Assembly: GCA_964479005.1 (NCBI GenBank)
Contig: CAYZJA010000001.1
Coordinates: 192,001-256,000, forward strand
Direction of reading: 5' to 3'
DNA length: 64,000 nt
DNA from: an uncultured Candidatus Saccharibacteria bacterium
Lineage (GTDB): Bacteria > Patescibacteriota > Minisyncoccia > UBA6257
Each line of letters begins with the position of its first letter. Within the stretch, counting starts at the first letter, position 1. Below are positions 1-8,208 of this stretch, piece by piece. The translations under genes were made by a program, and so were the position numbers. The notes under the pieces were generated by a model that was not told the DNA's origin, did no database searches, and worked only from the letters and a program-made list of their open reading frames with translations.

Positions 1-124
1 TAGGATTATTAAAGAAGAATCATCGGGGGCAGGCGTTAGGAGAATTAAGGCTGTTTTAGAATAGAGTTTGTGGTATAATAAATTACTTTTTTATGGTATA
101 CTTAAAACATAACTTGCAATAAAA

Positions 125-1522
125 ATGGAGAATTCTCAAAAAAGGAAAAGAAAAGTTAAAGATATTTTTTCCCCACACGAATTAAATAATTATTCGTCTG
201 ACGAAAAAAAAGTTGAGGAAAAAGAAATTCCAATTCATTTGACTGATAAATTACAGCAAGAAAGAAAGGTCGAAGACGCTAAAACAGAAAGTGAAGAGAG
301 TATAACAGTCATTACTTCTGGTCTTAAAGAAAAATGGGCGAAAAAGGAAAAGGCAATTAATAAAAAGATAATGATCCTTCTTGGAGTATTTTTTTCTTTG
401 GTTGCCTTTTATTATTTAGGATTTGTATTTTTAGCTAAGGCAGAAATTAATATTATTACCAAGAAGATAGAGATGCCTTTTTCAGGCGTTGTTTTAGTGG
501 ATACAAATGTTTCGACAATAAATTTTAATGAAGCAATAATTCCTGGAAATCCATTTATTTTTAAAGCAGAAGAGACGCAAGAATTTTCAAGTTCTGGACA
601 GGGCAAAGACGAAAGAAAAGCCAAGGGAATAATTACTATATATAATAATTACTCAACTTCTCCTCAGATTTTGGTAGCTACAACCCGTTTTGAAACACCT
701 GATCATAAGATATTTCGCTTAGATTCCCGTATTGTTATTCCAGGAGCTACTACTAAAAATGGAGAACTTGTACGGTCTACGATTGATGTAAAAGTTACTG
801 CAGATAAATCAGGGCCTGATTATAATATAGAGGTTTGTAATTTGCCTGATTGTAAATTTACTATTCCAGGATTTGAAGGAACATCAAAGTTTGATGGCTT
901 TTATGGTATTTCTACTAAAGTGATGGCAGGAGGAGCCCTTGCTTCAGTTCCTTTAGTAACTTCAGAAGATTTAAAAGGGGCAGAAGAAATTATTTTTGAA
1001 AAAGTTATGGATTCTATTAATCAGGATTTAGAAAATAAAATTCCAAAAAAACCAAAAGAATTAAAAGTATTACCAGGAGCAAAAAGCAGTATAAATCTTA
1101 CTAATTTGAGTAGTGATGCCAGTATTGGAGATTATCGTGAAAAGTTTTCAGTTAGTGTTGAAGGTGAAATTAAAGTCATTGCGTTCGATGAAGACAGTAT
1201 TATTGAATACATACAAGGAATTCTCGAAAAAGACAAGGATGAAAATTATCATTATTGCCAAAAGCCAGAATTAGAATATTTAGAATTAAAAACCGACTTC
1301 AGTAAAGGCACGATGAGAATGTCAATTAAAACAAATCAAATTGTGTGCCATAAATTATCTTTGGAGGAAATAAAGCAACTTGTTGTTGGAAAAGACAAAA
1401 AGGAGTTAAATCAGATTTTTGGGGCTAATCCTGGTATAAAGGATGTAGAAGTAAATCTTCGGCCATTGTGGATAAGAAAAGTTCCAAATTCTTTAGACAA
1501 AATTAACCTTTTTATTGACTAA
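125..1522 (+). CDS. hypothetical membrane-anchored protein (basic N-terminus, one predicted TM around residues 82-104, large extracytoplasmic domain)
   Basis: 465-aa ORF with a hydrophobic segment ILLGVFFSLVAFYYLGFVFLA; no recognisable catalytic motif; upstream extended -10 TGgTATAAT at 71-79. Confidence 0.45.
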   Translation: MENSQKRKRKVKDIFSPHELNNYSSDEKKVEEKEIPIHLTDKLQQERKVEDAKTESEESITVITSGLKEKWAKKEKAINKKIMILLGVFFSLVAFYYLGFVFLAKAEINIITKKIEMPFSGVVLVDTNVSTINFNEAIIPGNPFIFKAEETQEFSSSGQGKDERKAKGIITIYNNYSTSPQILVATTRFETPDHKIFRLDSRIVIPGATTKNGELVRSTIDVKVTADKSGPDYNIEVCNLPDCKFTIPGFEGTSKFDGFYGISTKVMAGGALASVPLVTSEDLKGAEEIIFEKVMDSINQDLENKIPKKPKELKVLPGAKSSINLTNLSSDASIGDYREKFSVSVEGEIKVIAFDEDSIIEYIQGILEKDKDENYHYCQKPELEYLELKTDFSKGTMRMSIKTNQIVCHKLSLEEIKQLVVGKDKKELNQIFGANPGIKDVEVNLRPLWIRKVPNSLDKINLFID

Positions 1523-1554
1523 AATTAGTTATTCTGATAAACTAATAACGCTTT

Positions 1555-1776
1555 ATGGTACAGAAAAAAGAAGCTGATCGCAAAGAAGGGATTATAACTG
1601 AATCTTTGCGCAATACAATATTTAGAGTGCGTTTAGATGGAGACGATAAAGAAATTTTAGCTCATTTAGCTGGCAAGCTTCGTCTTCATCACATTAAAAT
1701 TCTTCCAGGTGATAGAGTCGTAGTAGAACTATCACCATATGATTCTAGCCGTGGTCGCATTGTTTATCGGCTGTAA
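1555..1776 (+). CDS. infA: translation initiation factor IF-1
   Basis: 73 aa; [50 protein letters not shown] matches the IF-1 S1-like fold consensus; sits directly upstream of rpmJ/rpsM as in the conserved operon. Confidence 0.85.
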   Translation: MVQKKEADRKEGIITESLRNTIFRVRLDGDDKEILAHLAGKLRLHHIKILPGDRVVVELSPYDSSRGRIVYRL

Positions 1777-1798
1777 ACCGATTTTATTTTTAATATAT

Positions 1799-1912
1799 AT
1801 GAAAGTTAGAGCATCAGTAAAAAAAATTTGTAGAAATTGCAAGATAGTGCGACGAAAAGGTCGTGTATATGTAATTTGTCAAAATCCTAAGCATAAACAA
1901 AGACAAGGCTAA
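1799..1912 (+). CDS. rpmJ: 50S ribosomal protein L36
   Basis: Unlisted 37-aa [40 protein letters not shown] (C-x2-C...C-x4-H zinc ribbon of L36) between infA and rpsM. Confidence 0.85.
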   Translation: MKVRASVKKICRNCKIVRRKGRVYVICQNPKHKQRQG

Positions 1913-2006
1913 AGCTCAGATAATTGTTTTAAAAACACGCTAATCGCTATAGTTTTTCTAAACAATTACCTTCGCTTTAATATTTAATCAAATTAAATAA
2001 ATTAAT

Positions 2007-2399
2007 ATGGTTCGTTTTTTAGGTATAAATATACCAGATGATAAAAATATAAATATTGCCCTTACATACATTTATGGAATAGGGCGTTCTTCATCAGAGA
2101 AGCTTTTAAAAGAAGCTAATATTGATTTTCAAAAAAAGACAAAAGATTTAAGTGTTTCCGAATTAAATTCTTTAAAGGAATTAATAGAAAAAAATAAAAT
2201 AAATACAGAGGGTGATTTAAGAAGAAAAGTTAGATCAAATATAAAACGTCTTATAAATGTTAATTCTTATCGTGGAATAAGGCATACAAAAAAATTACCA
2301 TTAAGGGGGCAAAGGACAAAAACAAATTCTCGTACAGTAAGAGGGAATGTACGAAGGACAGTTGGTTCTGGGAAAAAGAAAGCCCCAACAGCAAAGTAA
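2007..2399 (+). CDS. rpsM: 30S ribosomal protein S13
   Basis: 130 aa; INIALTYIYGIGRSSSEKLL... and a basic C-terminal tail typical of S13. Confidence 0.9.
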   Translation: MVRFLGINIPDDKNINIALTYIYGIGRSSSEKLLKEANIDFQKKTKDLSVSELNSLKELIEKNKINTEGDLRRKVRSNIKRLINVNSYRGIRHTKKLPLRGQRTKTNSRTVRGNVRRTVGSGKKKAPTAK

Positions 2400-2424
2400 G
2401 ATTAATAATTTTTAATTTTGGGAT

Positions 2425-2868
2425 ATGGGCAAAAAGAGAGTTATTACTAAATCTGGAGAAGATATTAGTAAAATAGAAGAAAAAGCATCTTCTATTAAAG
2501 CTAAAGCCTCTTCTAAGAAACACTTAGAAACAGGAAGAATTTATATTCGCGCTTCTTATAATAATACATCTGTATCACTTACTGATCTAAAAGGTGGTCT
2601 TATTGCTTGGTCTTCAGCCGGATCTTTAGGGTTTAAGGGACCTAAGAAGGCAACTCCTTTTGCTGCGTCAAAAGTAGTGTCTGTTCTAATGGAAAAAACA
2701 AAGAAGATTGGATTAAAAACTGTAGAAATTTATGTAAAGGGGATTGGTGGTGGAAGAGAAACAGCAATTCGCTCTTTAGCTAACCATGGGCTTGATATTC
2801 TTTTAATAAAAGATATAACGCCAATGCCCCATAACGGACCACGTCCTCCAAAGGTGAGGAGAGTTTAA
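2425..2868 (+). CDS. rpsK: 30S ribosomal protein S11
   Basis: IYIRASYNNTSVSLTDLKGGLIAWSSAGSLGFKGPKKATPFAA matches S11. Confidence 0.9.
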   Translation: MGKKRVITKSGEDISKIEEKASSIKAKASSKKHLETGRIYIRASYNNTSVSLTDLKGGLIAWSSAGSLGFKGPKKATPFAASKVVSVLMEKTKKIGLKTVEIYVKGIGGGRETAIRSLANHGLDILLIKDITPMPHNGPRPPKVRRV

Positions 2869-2888
2869 GAATTAAAAATTATAATAGT

Positions 2889-3506
2889 ATGTTGGATGAT
2901 AAATGTAAAAAATGTAGGGCAGTTGGGGAGAAACTGTTTTTAAAAGGAGAAAGATGCTTTACTCCCAAATGCGCCTTAATAAGAAGGGGATTTAGGGTTT
3001 TAGGAAAAAGGAGAAGAAGAAAAACGTTAACTTCTTATGGCAAACAGTTATTAGAAAAACAAAAGGTAAAGTTAGCTTATGGAATGAGGGAAAAACAATT
3101 TAGAAGATATTTTAAAATGGCGTTAAAAAAGAAAATTTCTACTCCAGAAGCTTTTGCTCAATTAATAGAAAATCGTTTTGATAATACAGTGTTTCGTTTA
3201 GGATTTACTATTTCCAGAACGATGGCTAGACATTTAGTAAGCCATGGCCATTTTTTCTTAAACGGACGAAAACACAATATTTCTTCTACAATTGTGAAAA
3301 AAGACGATGTTATTTCTATCAGGCCACAGAGTAGCAGCAAAGCGCCTTTTAAAGATATTAAAGAAAGATTAAAAAAATATAGTCCTCCAAAGCATCTTAA
3401 ATTAGATATGAATAAAATGGAAGGAAAAGTTATGGCAGATCCAGATTTAGAAGAATTACAATTGCCTTTTGATTTCACTTCAATTGTAGAATTTTATAGC
3501 AGATAG
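2889..3506 (+). CDS. rpsD: 30S ribosomal protein S4 (zinc-ribbon type)
   Basis: N-terminal CKKC...CFTPKC zinc ribbon; S4 domain NGRKHNISSTIVKKDDVISI. Confidence 0.9.
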   Translation: MLDDKCKKCRAVGEKLFLKGERCFTPKCALIRRGFRVLGKRRRRKTLTSYGKQLLEKQKVKLAYGMREKQFRRYFKMALKKKISTPEAFAQLIENRFDNTVFRLGFTISRTMARHLVSHGHFFLNGRKHNISSTIVKKDDVISIRPQSSSKAPFKDIKERLKKYSPPKHLKLDMNKMEGKVMADPDLEELQLPFDFTSIVEFYSR

Positions 3507-3559
3507 TATTAATTTGATTTAAAATTAAAAACTACAAAATTAAAAATTATATTAATATC

Positions 3560-4486
3560 ATGTTTCATTTACCTTCTTCAATAAAAATCATTGAGCAAGA
3601 AAAAAACTATGGAAAATTTGAAATCGAAGGACTATATCCTGGTTACGGAGTAACTATTGGTAATGCATTAAGGCGAGTTCTCCTTTCTTCCATAGAAGGC
3701 GCGGCAGTAACATCCTTTAAAATTAAAGGGGTTCATCATGAATTTTCTACTATTAATTATATTTCTGATACAGTTTTGGACATAATGCTTAATTTAAAAC
3801 AATTAAGAGTAAAACTGCACAGTAACGAGCCTCAGGTTTTAAAATTAAAGGTTGAAGGCGAAAAAAAGGTATATGCCAAGGACTTTGAATCTAATTCCAT
3901 GGTGGATGTAATGAACCCTGATTTATATATTACAGCCATTACAGATAAAAAAGGCAAAATAGAAATGGAGGTAGTGGTAGAAAAAGGATTAGGTTATTCA
4001 CAGGTAGAAGAACGCAAGGAAGATAAGATACCAATAGGTACTATTGCTGTTGATTCTATTTTTAGTCCGGTTCGAAGGGTTAATTTTCAAGTAGAAAATA
4101 TGAGAGTTAGGGAAAAAACCGATTACAATCGTTTAATTATTTCAATTGAAACAGATGGCTCTGTTTCTCCAAAAGAAGCGCTAAATAAAGCATCTGCGAT
4201 TTTAAAAGATCATTTTATTAATATTGAAGAAAAATTTGTTCCAGAACTTAAAGAAGAAAAAAAGGTTACTTCAAAAAAAGCAGGTAAGGAACCAAAAGAT
4301 ATCCTCATAAAAGATTTAGATTTGGGCTCTCGAACAAAAAAAGCCTTAATAAATAATGGAGTCAAGACTTTAGCTGGCTTATTGAGATATAACGAAGAAA
4401 ATTTATCAACCATGGATGGTTTAGGTAAGAAATCATTGGAAGAAATAAAAGCAATTCTTAAAAATTTAAAGTATACATTAAAGTAA
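3560..4486 (+). CDS. rpoA: DNA-directed RNA polymerase subunit alpha
   Basis: 308 aa; NTD YGKFEIEGLYPGYGVTIGNALRRVLLSSIEGAAV; CTD with LGSRTKKALINNGVKTLAGLL. Confidence 0.9.
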   Translation: MFHLPSSIKIIEQEKNYGKFEIEGLYPGYGVTIGNALRRVLLSSIEGAAVTSFKIKGVHHEFSTINYISDTVLDIMLNLKQLRVKLHSNEPQVLKLKVEGEKKVYAKDFESNSMVDVMNPDLYITAITDKKGKIEMEVVVEKGLGYSQVEERKEDKIPIGTIAVDSIFSPVRRVNFQVENMRVREKTDYNRLIISIETDGSVSPKEALNKASAILKDHFINIEEKFVPELKEEKKVTSKKAGKEPKDILIKDLDLGSRTKKALINNGVKTLAGLLRYNEENLSTMDGLGKKSLEEIKAILKNLKYTLK

Positions 4487-4524
4487 GAACCTGCTCGCTC
4501 TGCTCGCAGAACCTTGTTTCTCAC
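4487..4524 (+). promoter_or_regulatory. conserved intercistronic motif GAACCTGC-N-CAGAACCTTGTTTyTCA immediately after the rpoA stop (second copy after priA at 32711-32740)
   Basis: Near-identical 30-38 nt motifs, TAAGAACCTGC...CAGAACCTTGTTTCTCA versus TAAGAACCTGCTTTACAGAACCTTGTTTTTCA, both fused to a TAA stop and followed by the next cistron (rplQ, def). Confidence 0.4.
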
Positions 4525-4544
4525 TTTGTTCGAAATAAAAATAG

Positions 4545-4931
4545 ATGAAGCATCTAAAGAAAGGGAAAAAATTCCATAGAAAGACAGGCCAACGAAAAGC
4601 TCTTTTAAAAGGTTTAGCTGCCAATTTAATATTACGGGAAAGAATTAAAACCACTCCAGTAAAAGCTAAAGAGACAAGAACTAAAGTAGAGAAATTAATA
4701 ACTATTGCCAAAAAACAAAATTTAATTGCCCTAAGAAAAATTAAAGAAGATTTACCAGAGAAAGCAGCTAATAAATTATATTATGAAATTGCTCCATTGT
4801 ATAAAGATAGAAAAGGCGGATATACCAGAATTATTAAAACCTCAATGAAAAAGGTTAGAGATGCTTCGCCTTTAGTCATATTAGAATTTGTTAAAGAACA
4901 AAAAACAGTAAATACAGTAAATAAAGAATAA
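4545..4931 (+). CDS. rplQ: 50S ribosomal protein L17
   Basis: MKHLKKGKKFHRKTGQRKALLKGLAANLI...GGYTRIIK typical of L17. Confidence 0.9.
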   Translation: MKHLKKGKKFHRKTGQRKALLKGLAANLILRERIKTTPVKAKETRTKVEKLITIAKKQNLIALRKIKEDLPEKAANKLYYEIAPLYKDRKGGYTRIIKTSMKKVRDASPLVILEFVKEQKTVNTVNKE

Positions 4932-5294
4932 ATGGAAAAAGAGAACAAAAATGTTGTTACAATAGATGCCAAAGACAAATCTTTAGGAAGAATGGCGTCC
5001 AGGATTGCTGTTTTGCTTCAAGACAAACATAAGGCTCAATATGCCCCAAATAAAGTTGGTGATACAGTTGTTATAATAGAAAATCTTAGCAAGATAAAAC
5101 CGTTTAAGGAAACAAAATTAAGAACAAAAACTTATTATAAGCATACTGGTTACATAGGCCACTTAAAAGAGACAAAGTTATCTGATATGTGGGAAAAAGA
5201 TCCAGTAAAAGTCCTTAAAATAGCTGTTAGAGGTATGTTGCCTAAAAATAAACTCAGAGATAAAAGACTAAAAAGATTAGAAATAAACTTGTAA
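4932..5294 (+). CDS. rplM: 50S ribosomal protein L13
   Basis: 120 aa; LGRMASRIAVLL...VVIIENLSKI...GMLPKNKL matches L13. Confidence 0.85.
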   Translation: MEKENKNVVTIDAKDKSLGRMASRIAVLLQDKHKAQYAPNKVGDTVVIIENLSKIKPFKETKLRTKTYYKHTGYIGHLKETKLSDMWEKDPVKVLKIAVRGMLPKNKLRDKRLKRLEINL

Positions 5295-5331
5295 CAATTA
5301 ATAAATGATAGGGAATAAATAACAATAAATA

Positions 5332-5859
5332 ATGGATAAAAAGAAAACAGTTAAAAAAACAACATCTGTAAAGAAAGAGACAAAGAAAACGGTGAAGAAA
5401 GAAGCGAAGAGAAAAGTAAAAAAAGAAGTCAAAAAAGCTGTAACAAAAAAGGAAGTCAAGAAGGAAATCAAGAAAAAGTATATTGAAGCTGTTGGTAGAA
5501 GAAAAGAATCTGTAGCTCGTGTAAGGCTTATCAAAGACAAGCCAGGTTTTATTATTAATGAAAAAACAATGGAAGAATATTTTTCTTTGCGGGATTATCA
5601 CAAAAAGATATTAGATCCTTTCAAAACAACTAATTTAGAAAATAGTTTTTTTGTTTCAATAAAAGTAAAAGGAGGTGGAATTACCGGTCAAGCTGAAGCT
5701 ATTAGATTAGGAATTAGCCGTTGTTTAATAAAAATTGATAAGAAATTAAAACCAGCATTAAGAAAAGCGGGATTTTTGACACGTGATGCTCGTATTGTAG
5801 AAAGAAAGAAATATGGTTTGAAAAAGGCTAGAAAGGCTGCACAGTGGTCAAAAAGATAA
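5332..5859 (+). CDS. rpsI: 30S ribosomal protein S9 with a lysine-rich N-terminal extension
   Basis: C-terminal 130 aa matches S9 (GRRKESVARVRL...GGGITGQAEAIRLGISRCL...RDARIVERKKYGLKKARKAAQWSKR); N-terminal 45 aa are VKKE-type repeats. Confidence 0.9.
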   Translation: MDKKKTVKKTTSVKKETKKTVKKEAKRKVKKEVKKAVTKKEVKKEIKKKYIEAVGRRKESVARVRLIKDKPGFIINEKTMEEYFSLRDYHKKILDPFKTTNLENSFFVSIKVKGGGITGQAEAIRLGISRCLIKIDKKLKPALRKAGFLTRDARIVERKKYGLKKARKAAQWSKR

Positions 5860-5895
5860 ATTAACTCTTTACCTTTCTTATTAATTCTTATTAAA

Positions 5896-5925
5896 AAGCA
5901 TCTCTCAATAAGGTGCTTTGTTTCT
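5896..5925 (+). terminator. intrinsic terminator of the ribosomal operon
   Basis: AAGCATC-tctcaataa-GGTGCTT stem (one G-U pair) followed by a TGTTTCTT run. Confidence 0.55.
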
Positions 5926-5953
5926 TGACAAGATGAGATATATTTGTTATATT
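5925..5953 (+). promoter_or_regulatory. sigma70-like promoter (TTGACA-17-TATATT) at the left edge of the inserted island
   Basis: TTGACA at 5925-5930, 17-nt spacer, TATATT at 5948-5953. Confidence 0.55.
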
Positions 5954-6088
5954 AAATACAATAGAACAGTTACTGATATAACCATCGGAAGGTAATAAAA
6001 TTAAATAAATCTTATTTAAAGAAAAACGGGTTTCTACAATTCAAGAAAGTGAGTTAAATGTGAATAATTCTCCTAATCGGGTATAATT

Positions 6089-6316
6089 ATGAATAACAAA
6101 CCCATCATAACTAAGGAGAAAGCACAAAAACTTTCTAAGCTTTTCGATAATCCTACTAATTTTAAACAGGCTTGTATTAAGGTTTTATTAGAAGTACCTG
6201 ATGAAAAACTGGATTTTTACAAAGGGAACTTGACTTTTTCAAAAAATGGTGGTACAATTTTGACGAAAATAGAACAATTTTGCGAACAGAAACAATTTAA
6301 GAGTTTTAAGAATTAA
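6089..6316 (+). CDS. small hypothetical protein, paralogue 1 (75 aa)
   Basis: MNNKPIITKEKAQKLSKLFDNPTNFKQACIKVLLEVPDEKLDFYKGNLTFSKNGG...; about 70% identical to the next ORF; no SD; ATG abuts a TATAAT box. Confidence 0.5.
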   Translation: MNNKPIITKEKAQKLSKLFDNPTNFKQACIKVLLEVPDEKLDFYKGNLTFSKNGGTILTKIEQFCEQKQFKSFKN

Positions 6317-6317
6317 A

Positions 6318-6428
6318 CAATTGAATCATACAATTTAATTAGTTTGCCGAGAAGGTGACGCTAACCGAAGAGGGGCGTCTAGACTATCTCTAAGTTTATT
6401 AGGGGTCGTCTGGACACCCCTTTTTTCA
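6318..6428 (+). repeat. about 110-nt GC-rich structured 3' element, copy 1 of 2 (nested hairpins GGGGCGTC...GACACCCC plus T-run)
   Basis: Near-identical copy at 6662-6772; ends in CCCCTTTTTT (terminator-like). Confidence 0.6.
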
Positions 6429-6653
6429 ATGAATAACAAATTTATTATAAACAAAAGAAAATATCAGGAACTTTCTAAACTCTTTGATAATCCTACTAAT
6501 TTTAAGGAAGCTTGTATAAAACTTCTGTTAGAAATACCAGATAAAAAATTAGATTTTTACAAAGGGAACTTGACTTTTTCAAAAAACGGTGGCATGATTC
6601 TAATGAAAATAGAAGAATTATGTGGGTCAAAACACTTTAATTTTAAAGATTGA
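6429..6653 (+). CDS. small hypothetical protein, paralogue 2 (74 aa)
   Basis: MNNKFIINKRKYQELSKLFDNPTNFKEACIKLLLEIPDKKLDFYKGNLTFSKNGG...; ATG lies 2 nt after the T-run of the preceding hairpin. Confidence 0.5.
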   Translation: MNNKFIINKRKYQELSKLFDNPTNFKEACIKLLLEIPDKKLDFYKGNLTFSKNGGMILMKIEELCGSKHFNFKD

Positions 6654-6661
6654 ACCTACAT

Positions 6662-6772
6662 AGATTAAATCATACAATTTAATTAGTTTGCCGAGAAGGT
6701 GACGCTAACCGAAGAGGGGCGTCTGAACTATCTCTAAGTTTATTAGGGGTCGTCTGGACGCCCCTTTTTTTA
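6662..6772 (+). repeat. about 110-nt structured 3' element, copy 2 (stem GGGGCGTC/GACGCCCC plus T7)
   Basis: Direct repeat of 6318-6428 with a perfect outer stem in this copy. Confidence 0.6.
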
Positions 6773-6938
6773 TTGGAAATTATTGGGAAAAAATATCAAC
6801 TGGATATTGAGAAAAAAATAGTACTTTATAGCACCTTGAAAAATAGCACCTTGAAATAAAAATTTAGTGAAATGAGAGATAAGAAAAAGATAAAAGTATA
6901 AGAAAGAAATGTATTAGAAAGAAAGGAGGTGAAACAAA

Positions 6939-8138
6939 ATGACAAAACGCAAATGGACTAAAGAAGATGACGAATATCTTATCCAACATAGTCCGAAACA
7001 ACGGGGAGATTATGGGAAGTTGGCTATCAAACTTGATAGAACAGTAGAAGCAGTGAGGTATAGGTGTAGAAATCTAAAATTGGAAAATGTCCAAAAGAAT
7101 AGTCAGGCACAGAGAACAGATGTTCCATTAGAAGATAGGATTTACGAATTGCTTTCACATTCCAAAAAACATTCTATTGAGGAGCTAAGTAATACATTTG
7201 ATATTTGTGTAGGAAAGGTTAAAGAAGCATTAGGTGTATTACAGAGCAGACGGATTTTAATAGACGCAATAGATGACAAAATTGTTTTAGGGAATACGAT
7301 TAAACCACCAAAAGCCACTCCAATTCCGATGAAGATTTATCATAATAGGTGGATTAAGTTTGGAGTAATCAGTGATACTCATTTGAACTCCAAATATCAA
7401 AGATTGGATATTTTAAACCACGCTTATAAAATCTTTCAGAAAGAAGGAGTGAAGAATGTTCTACACGCTGGGAATATTATAGATGGTTATGGTAGATTAA
7501 ATCAGTTTGATGTATTTAACATCGGGACAGAAGACCAAATCAACTATTGTATTGAAACCTATCCTTGTAAGCAAGGGATTACTACTCACTTCATTACTGC
7601 TGATGATCACGAGGGATGGATTGTAAGGAGAGAACACATTAACATCGGAGAATTACTTGAACTCAAAGCTAACAAAATGGGTAGAAAAGATTTGAAACAT
7701 TTAGGATATATTGAAAGTGATGTGTTAGTTAAAGTTGGAAGCAAACCTACAAGAATTAGAGTATTCCATCCTGGCGGAGGCACAGCATATTCTCTTTCTT
7801 ATAAACCTCAGAAGATTGTTGAGTCCTTACAGGGTGGAGAAAAACCTGATATATTATTAGTCGGACATTTTCATAAACTCGGACATTTTGAATGGCGGAA
7901 TGTGGAAGTGTTATTGACTGGTTGTATAGAAGACCAAACTCCATTTATGAGAAAGAAACATATTGCTGCTCATCTTGGTTTCTATATTGTGAAAGCCCAT
8001 ATTGCTCCTGACGGTTCTGTCAATAGATTCATTCCAGAAAAGATTAGCTATTACGATAGGAAATATTATACCAGCAGAGCTTGGAAGAAAACTCCTACCA
8101 GTTTTGAAAAACCTATTGAATGGTTTTACAAGTGGTAA
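6939..8138 (+). CDS. Myb/SANT-like HTH + winged-helix + calcineurin-like metallophosphoesterase fusion protein
   Basis: N-terminus W-x2-EDDEYL...G-x-W-x2-IA-x2-L-x-RT-x5-R (Myb-like); phosphoesterase motifs GVISDTHLN, HAGNIIDG, LLVGHFHK; strong SD AAGGAGGTG. Confidence 0.55.
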   Translation: MTKRKWTKEDDEYLIQHSPKQRGDYGKLAIKLDRTVEAVRYRCRNLKLENVQKNSQAQRTDVPLEDRIYELLSHSKKHSIEELSNTFDICVGKVKEALGVLQSRRILIDAIDDKIVLGNTIKPPKATPIPMKIYHNRWIKFGVISDTHLNSKYQRLDILNHAYKIFQKEGVKNVLHAGNIIDGYGRLNQFDVFNIGTEDQINYCIETYPCKQGITTHFITADDHEGWIVRREHINIGELLELKANKMGRKDLKHLGYIESDVLVKVGSKPTRIRVFHPGGGTAYSLSYKPQKIVESLQGGEKPDILLVGHFHKLGHFEWRNVEVLLTGCIEDQTPFMRKKHIAAHLGFYIVKAHIAPDGSVNRFIPEKISYYDRKYYTSRAWKKTPTSFEKPIEWFYKW

Positions 8139-8208
8139 GTATTCGCTCTTAAAACAAAACGGGGTGTCTTAAACACAGACACCCCTAATCTCACAGGAGG
8201 TGATTTTG

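Noticed and set aside
412-624. Minus-strand 70-aa ORF inside the 125-1522 gene. Many similar antisense or overlapping ORFs from the track fall in the same category: 2260-2523, 3158-3478, 4210-4524, 4478-4711, 4781-4978, 5254-5601, 5298-5540, 7756-7944, 8925-9158, 10785-11003, 11623-11835, 12634-12870, 13363-13572, 20102-20290, 21371-21640, 24772-25063, 26090-26287, 26493-26702, 27434-27973, 28776-28991, 29854-30069, 30544-30843, 31785-31997, 38748-38987, 42232-42588, 43793-44239, 47274-47462, 49769-50104, 50811-51082, 52890-53081, 53393-53650, 53427-53633, 53831-54040, 55552-55734, 56646-56855, 60946-61134, 61400-61649, 62499-62732.
   Set aside because: They lie antisense to or overlapping well-supported genes with recognisable homology. 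They are AT-rich low-complexity translations (Phe/Leu/Ile/Lys runs) typical of spurious ORFs in low-GC DNA. The two at 53.4-53.65 kb overlap the candidate structured RNA.
6318-6428. Interpreting the repeated 110-nt elements solely as ordinary terminators
   Set aside because: The second gene's ATG begins 2 nt after the T-run, and the two elements are nearly identical whereas the adjacent genes have diverged. Something more than termination (structured RNA, processing site or recombination site) is likely, so it is reported as a repeat or structured element.
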